A DNA stretch of 64,000 nucleotides from Candidatus Heimdallarchaeota archaeon (GTDB lineage Archaea > Asgardarchaeota > Heimdallarchaeia > Hodarchaeales > Hodarchaeaceae): positions 262,036 through 326,035 of the forward strand of contig RDOB01000004.1 in assembly GCA_011364965.1 (NCBI GenBank), read 5' to 3'. The notes under the pieces were generated by a model that saw nothing but the letters and a program-made list of their open reading frames with translations, was not told where the DNA came from and did no database searches. This document shows positions 58,701 through 64,000 of the stretch, in pieces (positions within the stretch are counted from its first letter, which is position 1; each line of letters opens with the position of its first letter). The translations under genes and the position numbers were made by a program.

Positions 58701-59125
58701 CTCGTATATTCATTGGACCCACTTATTATCAGAAACTCCATCATCTCGTTGCAGATAAAATTCATGCTCGTGCACGAGGTCCCATCCAGATTTTAACTAG
58801 GCAACCAACAGAAGGACGTGCTCGTGAAGGTGGATTACGTTTTGGGGAAATGGAGCGTGATTGTTTAATAGGTCACGGTGCTGCTTTATTACTTAAAGAA
58901 AGACTGCTTGAGGAATCTGATAAAACTGAAATTTTCATTTGTGAGAAGTGTGGTTTAATTGCTACATGGGATCGAAAAAAGGATCAGACTTATTGTAGTG
59001 TATGTGGCAACGTAGATACAGGGATTTACAAAATTGCGATATCTTATGCTTTTAAACTACTATTGCAGGAATTGATGTCATTAACTATCAAACCTCAACT
59101 GATTTTAACTGACTCTACACATTAA
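55751..59125 (+). CDS. rpoB: RNA polymerase subunit B (unsplit Rpo2)
   Basis: GGYFIVNGSE, CPNETPEGPNCGL, GDKFASRHGQKG, GGLRFGEMERD, C-terminal Zn ribbon. Confidence 0.98.
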   Translation: MDQISNDDKWEVLKSMYNEFGLVRQHLHSFNEFVEKKLNEIVQERPKIEPDIEGFYVKLAGIEVGEPSVREADGSERAIHPMEARIRNLIYSAPLNLKMRPVYVTAGVEEEREEVIAYIGRLPIMLKSKSCLLYNLNREELIRLGEDPEDPGGYFIVNGSERVIVTQEYLVSNRVLVDEGRKGSSTTAVAKVFSTVAGFRSLVSVQRRKDGRLLVNFFSVPRPLPLAVLIKALGVTIDRDIANLVSNDPEIIQELLPTLREAAEIVDQEEALDFIGKRVAVGQTRQYRILRAKQVLDNYLLPHVGKDESYRSQKALYLAQMSLKVIELNLGRIEADDKDHYANKRLKLAGEMLTSLFRVAFHSLYRDIKYQLEKGARRGKIPNLRVAMRADVITERIRHALATGNWVGGKAGVSQLLDRTNYMSTYSHLRRVISPLIRSQAHFEARDLHATHWGKICPNETPEGPNCGLVKNLAMQAYISIGSPEKPVKDFIFNNCDITPVEESIDHAGIHILLNGNLICTTRKPDETFHLIREARRTSKLHPEINLAYFPENRVISINTDEGRVRRPLIILDKAKEGSKLASVPRLKVHHIEKLRKKDLTFSDLVNDGIIEFLDAEEEENAYIAMTFEEIEAGHTHVEISPSAILGICASIIPYAEHNQSPRNTYEAGMTKQALGLYASNFYFRTDRRAHILQAPQIPLVGSKAMDVIGFNDRPAGQNFIVAILSFQGYNIEDAIILNRASVERGLARSHFFRSYVAEEKKYLGGQEDRFEIPQKGVRGYRAKEVYRHLSEVDGIIDPEIEVGGGDILVGRTSRPRFLEEYIELESLESSTPQRRETSIAIRHGEKGIVDGVILTETSEGSTLVKIKVRDQRIPELGDKFASRHGQKGIIGHIVPQTDMPFTEEGIVPDLIINPHAIPSRMTVGQIIECMSAIVACYDGKQIDATLFESPDPEDIASSLRKLGFHPYAESVMYDGINGQMLPARIFIGPTYYQKLHHLVADKIHARARGPIQILTRQPTEGRAREGGLRFGEMERDCLIGHGAALLLKERLLEESDKTEIFICEKCGLIATWDRKKDQTYCSVCGNVDTGIYKIAISYAFKLLLQELMSLTIKPQLILTDSTH

Positions 59126-59139
59126 ACTGAGGAATAATC

Positions 59140-59343
59140 ATGTCTATTGATACAAGTCGAATGGGAACAGCTAGTTTTTATAAAAGGGCCATGAGGATAT
59201 TAAAGCTTGCTAAAAAACCAGATAGAGGAGAAGTTTTTCTTGTTATAAAAATAACAGCTGCAGGAATGGCTATTTTGGGGTTAATTGCTTATTTAATTAG
59301 AATCGTGGTTTATGGTATCGTTTTACAAAATCCTTTGAATTAA
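59140..59343 (+). CDS. secE: Protein translocase SecE/Sec61 gamma
   Basis: RILKLAKKPDRGE...KITAAGMAILGLIAY. Confidence 0.92.
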   Translation: MSIDTSRMGTASFYKRAMRILKLAKKPDRGEVFLVIKITAAGMAILGLIAYLIRIVVYGIVLQNPLN

Positions 59344-59354
59344 AAATTGCTAGA

Positions 59355-59861
59355 TTGAACTTATCCATGTTAAAGGTGAATTCATTGTTAGATAGGGTTG
59401 GTGTTTATTGTTATAAGGTTAAAAAGGGACAAGAATTCAATGCAGCGGAAATAATTGAGAAACGTGCCGAACTATTTAATTATAACATTAAAGCTGTTCT
59501 TGTAACAGAAATTCTTGGATATCTCTTCATCGAAGGGGATATTCAAGATATTATCAAAGCAGTAGAAAATGCTCATTACATAGGGAAACAGTTAGGTCGT
59601 GTTCCTGTCTCTGAATTAGAAGGACAATTGATTCCAACTCCTGTTATTGAAGGTCTAAAGAAGGGTGATATAGTAGAAATCGTGGATGGACCATTTAAAG
59701 GGAGTCAAGCGAAGATTTCTTCTATTTATCAAGCTAGGGAAGAAATTACGGTTGATCTTCTTACTAGTAGTGTTACAATTCCTATTGTTCTCCACGCTGA
59801 CTCTGTTAAGTTAATTGAAGCAAGCGAAGAAGAAGAATCGGAAGAAAGTGACTATCTCTAG
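59355..59861 (+). CDS. spt5: Transcription elongation factor Spt5
   Basis: NGN domain GYLFIE; KOW GDIVEIVDGPFKG. Confidence 0.93.
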   Translation: MNLSMLKVNSLLDRVGVYCYKVKKGQEFNAAEIIEKRAELFNYNIKAVLVTEILGYLFIEGDIQDIIKAVENAHYIGKQLGRVPVSELEGQLIPTPVIEGLKKGDIVEIVDGPFKGSQAKISSIYQAREEITVDLLTSSVTIPIVLHADSVKLIEASEEEESEESDYL

Positions 59862-60047
59862 ACTAGTAGCTCTAAAAGTAGCAAGATTTCTCATATTCTC
59901 GAATACCAACAAAGGATCTTTTTATGATAGTTCATACTCAAGGTACGGTACTCCTTATTAATACTGGAAAAAAAAGCCTCTTTGTCAAATGTAGGTATCG
60001 AGAGTGCCAGAAGTATCATATCTACAAATAAAAAAATGAATTGAAAG

Positions 60048-60947
60048 GTGAACCGAATGGCAGTAGCAGTAATAGAGTCAAAACTGGGCTACAAAAAGAA
60101 AGCTGCCCAAATTGATGAAATAGTGCAGTTAGCTCAACAGAACTCTGTTATAGGTATCGTAAGCTTAAGTGGAATTAGCTCTAAAGCCCTTCAAGGAATC
60201 AGATCTTCATTGAGATCTGCTAAAGAGGCACAAGCATCTATTAAAGTTCTAAAAAATACCCTAAAATCAATAGCATTAGAAAAAATCTCTCAAACGACCG
60301 ATAAAAAAGACATTACTCAATTAATTCCCTATATTAACGGTTCTTGCGCGTTTGTATTCTCAAATACAAATCCTTTCAAGCTTCAACAATTTTTAAACAA
60401 AAATCAGGTTCCAGCTCCAGCTAGACCAGGACAGATCTCTCCTGTTGATGTGTTCGTACCTGAGGGTCTCACAAATTTAGATCCTGGTCCCATAATAAGT
60501 GAATTGGGAGCGATTGGCTTACAAACTCGTATAGAAAAAGGTAAGATAAGGATTGTAAAAACTAGCAAGGTCCTCTCGAAAGATGAAACAGTTACAGAAT
60601 CTCATGCAGCAGTTTTAGCTCGTCTTGGTATTCAACCATTCAAAGTCGGATTAAAGCTAGAAGTTGCTTTAGAGAAAGGAAGTATTCTTGATACTGATAT
60701 TTTAGATGTTAATGAGGAAAAAATTCTTTCAGATTTGAAATCTGCTTATATGGAAGCGTTATCTCTTGCAGTTAATCCTCAAGTTGCTTATTATACTGAA
60801 GCTACTATCCCTATCCTCTTGCAAAGGGCAATTTCATCAGCCAAGTTTCTTGCTCTTGAATCAGGTTATGTTTCAAAAGACACTATTGATGTTTTAATTG
60901 CACGCGCGACAAAAGAAGCAAAAATATTGAAAGATTTAACTTCTTAA
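60048..60947 (+). CDS. rpl10: 50S ribosomal protein uL10 (P0)
   Basis: KNTL..IAL, NPFKL, PARPGQISP.DV.VP.G.TNLDPGP. Confidence 0.93.
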   Translation: MNRMAVAVIESKLGYKKKAAQIDEIVQLAQQNSVIGIVSLSGISSKALQGIRSSLRSAKEAQASIKVLKNTLKSIALEKISQTTDKKDITQLIPYINGSCAFVFSNTNPFKLQQFLNKNQVPAPARPGQISPVDVFVPEGLTNLDPGPIISELGAIGLQTRIEKGKIRIVKTSKVLSKDETVTESHAAVLARLGIQPFKVGLKLEVALEKGSILDTDILDVNEEKILSDLKSAYMEALSLAVNPQVAYYTEATIPILLQRAISSAKFLALESGYVSKDTIDVLIARATKEAKILKDLTS

Positions 60948-61862
60948 AATCTGGTTGACATATTCTTGGGGATTAAATTCCTCTAAATCTTTATAGTTTT
61001 GTCCTGTACCAATAAATAGAATTGGTACTCCTTCTGTTGCGAAAGTTGCAGACAATATAGCCCCCCCACGAGTGTCTGCGTCCATTTTTGTGAGAATTAT
61101 TCCAGTCAAAGGAATTTCTTTGTTAAAATCCCTAGCTTGTTGAGTGGCATCATTTCCCGCTAATGCATCTACAATTAATATAGCATAATCAGGATTCGAT
61201 ACTCTGTGAATTTTTTTCATTTCTTGCATGAGATCTTTGTTGATGGCCATACGACCTGATGTATCAATTATTACTGCGTCAGCATATTTTGAAGTTGCAT
61301 GAGAAATAGCATCAAAAGCTACAGCTGCTGAATCACTCCCATATTTCCCTGAAATTAATTTAACTCCTACTTTTTCTGAATGTATTTTTAGCTGCTCTTG
61401 AGCTCCTGAACGAAATGTATCACTCGCAGCTAATACAACTTTATAACCACGATTTTTCAGTAGATAAGCAAACTTAGCTATTGTAGTTGTTTTTCCTGTT
61501 CCATTAATTCCTAAGAAAAGGAAAACAAGAGGTCTCTTCTTAGAGTTTGTGGAAATTTGCTTTTTACGATCTTCCAAATCATTAAAAATGTTCTTTGTAA
61601 CTTTGGGTGTAAGGATTTGAATTAAAATTGGTTTTGCAGATTGAGGAATCATCTTTGAAAGATCTGAAAACCTTGGAGCTCGTGTTCCTAAAAGGTTTTC
61701 CGTAAGCCTTTTTGAAACTTCTTTTGCTACCTCAAGAGAAACATCATTTGAGATAAGAAGGAGTTCAAATTCTCTTATTGCTTTTCGTATGTTTTTCTCA
61801 TTAACCTCATATGTCTTAACCTTTTTAAGAAATGATGCAACTCCTTTTTTTAATACTGACAT
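60936..61862 (-). CDS. ftsY: SRP receptor FtsY
   Basis: GINGTGKTTTIAK, DTFRSGAQEQL, DTSGR, TKMDADTRGG. Confidence 0.95.
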   Translation of the reverse strand: MSVLKKGVASFLKKVKTYEVNEKNIRKAIREFELLLISNDVSLEVAKEVSKRLTENLLGTRAPRFSDLSKMIPQSAKPILIQILTPKVTKNIFNDLEDRKKQISTNSKKRPLVFLFLGINGTGKTTTIAKFAYLLKNRGYKVVLAASDTFRSGAQEQLKIHSEKVGVKLISGKYGSDSAAVAFDAISHATSKYADAVIIDTSGRMAINKDLMQEMKKIHRVSNPDYAILIVDALAGNDATQQARDFNKEIPLTGIILTKMDADTRGGAILSATFATEGVPILFIGTGQNYKDLEEFNPQEYVNQILRS

Positions 61863-61933
61863 TGATGTATTCCTCTAAAAGCAAATACAACTCCAATTTT
61901 ATCCTGGGAGTGATAAAATCACGGATTTAGAAG

Positions 61934-62389
61934 TCAAATCAATCCATGTTGTTGGCCTAACAATAAAAGCTCTTGTCTTCTTTCATTTAAAAGATTAACA
62001 AACTGAGAATATTGCTCTTGGATTTTCTTCCTACTGCTCTCTAAATTCTCTAATTGATTTTTACTTCGTTCCTCGGCTTCTTGTAGGGTTGATTTAAGAG
62101 AAATGCCTGATCCTAATGATACTATAACATTATATGGCTCGTCAACCGTGCACAAAATCGAACTAGATCCTCCAATTGGTACCATGATATGGTCTCCTTT
62201 ATTTTTCGTCTTCAAAATGTTTTGAGTATTTATTGAATCATTTATTGATCCAATAGCTCTGGATAGGAGAACCATTTGTTGTTCTATGGCATTAAGATTT
62301 GTTTGAAGTTGCTCAATTTCGTTTTGGAGTTCTCTTATTCGATTTACAATGTCTGAGCTAATTTTATTTGACATTAAATCATTCCTCAA
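61934..62389 (-). CDS. pfdA: Prefoldin alpha subunit
   Basis: Coiled coils flanking IMVPIGG...VIVSLGSG; conserved position. Confidence 0.9.
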   Translation of the reverse strand: MRNDLMSNKISSDIVNRIRELQNEIEQLQTNLNAIEQQMVLLSRAIGSINDSINTQNILKTKNKGDHIMVPIGGSSSILCTVDEPYNVIVSLGSGISLKSTLQEAEERSKNQLENLESSRKKIQEQYSQFVNLLNERRQELLLLGQQHGLI

Positions 62390-62645
62390 TCGGAATTTTG
62401 AAATCAGAAGTAATTATTTTCTTTACAAGGGGGTCCGTAACCTCTTCCAGAGAGATTATATGAATTGATTCAATTTTTATCTGATGTCTTTTTAATCGAT
62501 TTCGACTACCAAGCTCAGAATATAGTTTTCTTTTTGCTTGCTCCTCTGTTAACGCACAAATCTCTTTTGAAAAGCTTCCAATTTCTTTTCTTTTTCTAAA
62601 ATTCCCCACAATCCTATAAATTGTTACAGATGGTTCTGCATTCAT
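62379..62645 (-). CDS. rpl18a: 50S ribosomal protein eL20 (L18a/LX)
   Basis: FSKEI.A...A..KLYSELGSRNRLKR.QIKI. Confidence 0.92.
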   Translation of the reverse strand: MNAEPSVTIYRIVGNFRKRKEIGSFSKEICALTEEQAKRKLYSELGSRNRLKRHQIKIESIHIISLEEVTDPLVKKIITSDFKIPIEE

Positions 62646-62730
62646 ATTTTTACACCTTTCTATGATTTTCTATTCCATTAATAGATGAATTATCTAATAT
62701 TTAATTTTATTAGGGACATTTGACTAAAGG

Positions 62731-63399
62731 TTATAAGGAAAAACACCTCGTTATTTCCATTATCTCAATACCTGTTGTCTCTCTTCCTACAAGAATCCCT
62801 TTAGTATTTCCTAATATACCTGAAGCTACAAATTCTGACCCTTTATTAATACTACTTATGCCAACCTTCTTTAATTTCAAAATTTCCTTCATACGCAGAG
62901 TGTCTTCTTCAGATGCGAGTGGTGTAAATACTCCCCCATAATTTGTTATATATGCTAAACTTCCAACTAGATCTGAATTTACTATGGTTCCTGTTTCTAA
63001 AGGTATATTCAAAACATCTGAAATATTTTTCCTAATATTCTTGGGTACCACAGGAGAGATTATTCCCGCATAATCGTTTGCTAATACGACATTCCCAAAA
63101 GCAAAAAACTCTGAAGATTTATAAATAGGTAAATCAGTCTTTTTTAATTGTTCCAGGACTTCTTCACTGATAACATTCGAAACTACAATTCCATGTGAAT
63201 TTGCTATAGCTAACGATCCTATAATATTTTCAGCTACTTTGATAGTTTTAACTTTAAGTACTCTTTCAATCAGTTGTTTCAAAGTGTCTGGCGCCAAAAT
63301 GGGGAGGAAAATGAAGTTTTCTGTTGAAAGCATGGAGACTCCAATATGTATATTCCCTAGAAAGTCAGCAAATTCAAATTCCATGTTGGGAACCCCCAT
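62731..63399 (-). CDS. eif6: Translation initiation factor aIF6
   Basis: GNVVLAND, GTI...DLVGS, SINKGSEFVASG...VGRETTGIE. Confidence 0.93.
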   Translation of the reverse strand: MGVPNMEFEFADFLGNIHIGVSMLSTENFIFLPILAPDTLKQLIERVLKVKTIKVAENIIGSLAIANSHGIVVSNVISEEVLEQLKKTDLPIYKSSEFFAFGNVVLANDYAGIISPVVPKNIRKNISDVLNIPLETGTIVNSDLVGSLAYITNYGGVFTPLASEEDTLRMKEILKLKKVGISSINKGSEFVASGILGNTKGILVGRETTGIEIMEITRCFSL

Positions 63400-63427
63400 T
63401 GATTTTTATATGTTAGCGTTATAAAAT

Positions 63428-63709
63428 TTAATATCCAAGATAAACTGTTACAACATCTTCCTCTGTTTTAACAGCTCTAATTCGTATTTTTCGAGGCGGT
63501 TTTTGAATTCCTCTTGACCACATGAATTCATTCACTTCACTGTCAATAATAATGTCTTCACATCTGAGATGGCGTTTTATAAATGCCCTGAGGTGTCTCA
63601 TTGCCCGTGGGGTTCTTTTAGTTCTAGGAATTCGTCGACCATAGACAACTTTGCTAAAAGGAACTGTATAGATTCTTTCCTCAATTATATTTTCAGCTTG
63701 TTCACTCAT
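63428..63709 (-). CDS. rpl31e: 50S ribosomal protein eL31
   Basis: ERIYTVP...KRTPRAM...WSRGIQKPPRKIR. Confidence 0.96.
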   Translation of the reverse strand: MSEQAENIIEERIYTVPFSKVVYGRRIPRTKRTPRAMRHLRAFIKRHLRCEDIIIDSEVNEFMWSRGIQKPPRKIRIRAVKTEEDVVTVYLGY

Positions 63710-63724
63710 TAAAAATCCCTATCC

Positions 63725-63880
63725 TTATGGTTTTATTTTATTGGATCTCCATTGTCGTCTTTTTGGATGTCTCGTAAATCTTCTTGAAGTCTTCATGATA
63801 ACCCAAGTCGGAACTGTTTGATTGGATCTTCCAACTTTAGCAAGTCGAATTTTCTTTGGATATGGTTTATATCTCGCCAT
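63725..63880 (-). CDS. rpl39e: 50S ribosomal protein eL39
   Basis: Manual translation [51 protein letters not shown]; not in the ORF track. Confidence 0.95.
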   Translation of the reverse strand: MARYKPYPKKIRLAKVGRSNQTVPTWVIMKTSRRFTRHPKRRQWRSNKIKP

Positions 63881-63891
63881 TTTTTTCTCTC

Positions 63892-64000
63892 CTATTCCTT
63901 GGTTACCTTTTGAGCAGGGCCCATTGTAGTTTTAACATGAAGAGATCTGATATGAGCTGCTCCTTTGGGTAGTTTTCCTGTTATCACCTGTAGAATAGCT
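63892..64000 (-). CDS. rpl1: 3' end of 50S ribosomal protein uL1
   Basis: Manual translation ...[35 protein letters not shown]; KTTMGP is the L1 C-terminal signature. Confidence 0.9.
   Translation of the reverse strand, partial: AILQVITGKLPKGAAHIRSLHVKTTMGPAQKVTKE

Noticed and set aside
15502-59125. Inteins in AtpA, Cdc6, RpoB or ValS
   Set aside because: Protein lengths are normal and no C...HN insertions were seen.
1173-63424. Many short track ORFs nested in or antisense to large genes (e.g. 8650, 9151, 26585, 33398, 51153, 56365)
   Set aside because: These are shadow frames of well-supported genes.

Overview
This is a low-GC archaeal chromosomal segment. The gene content (fused RpoB, STT3-like AglB, bacterial-type MutS1/MutL, PolD small subunit, Cdc6, aIF6/eL20/prefoldin cluster, Ig-repeat surface protein) fits an Asgard archaeon, probably Heimdallarchaeia; this taxonomy is inference. 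Most of the window is core housekeeping genes for translation, tRNA modification, repair, lipid synthesis and transcription. The main signals read from the sequence are: (1) a -1 ribosomal frameshift cassette (T_TTT_TTA, 8-nt spacer, 7-bp hairpin) that would fuse a MoxR AAA+ ATPase to the downstream vWA protein; (2) a probable replication origin at ~36.0-37.7 kb, with inward-facing ORB elements and three flanking wHTH genes; (3) five exact copies of the 13-bp motif TCTTACCATATGA between 35.3 and 43.7 kb, not noticed elsewhere in the window; (4) eight tRNA genes carrying 11 introns, 7 at non-canonical positions, including a triple-intron tRNA-Met; (5) a ~2.1-kb AT-rich insert bounded by a duplication of the 5' end of tRNA-Ser, encoding a 608-aa orphan with a PD...QxK nuclease-like motif; (6) a frameshifted mutL, a DP1 with a POLD2-like PGExD motif, and a probable ATT start codon. 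No database searches were run; all product calls rest on motif recognition by eye.
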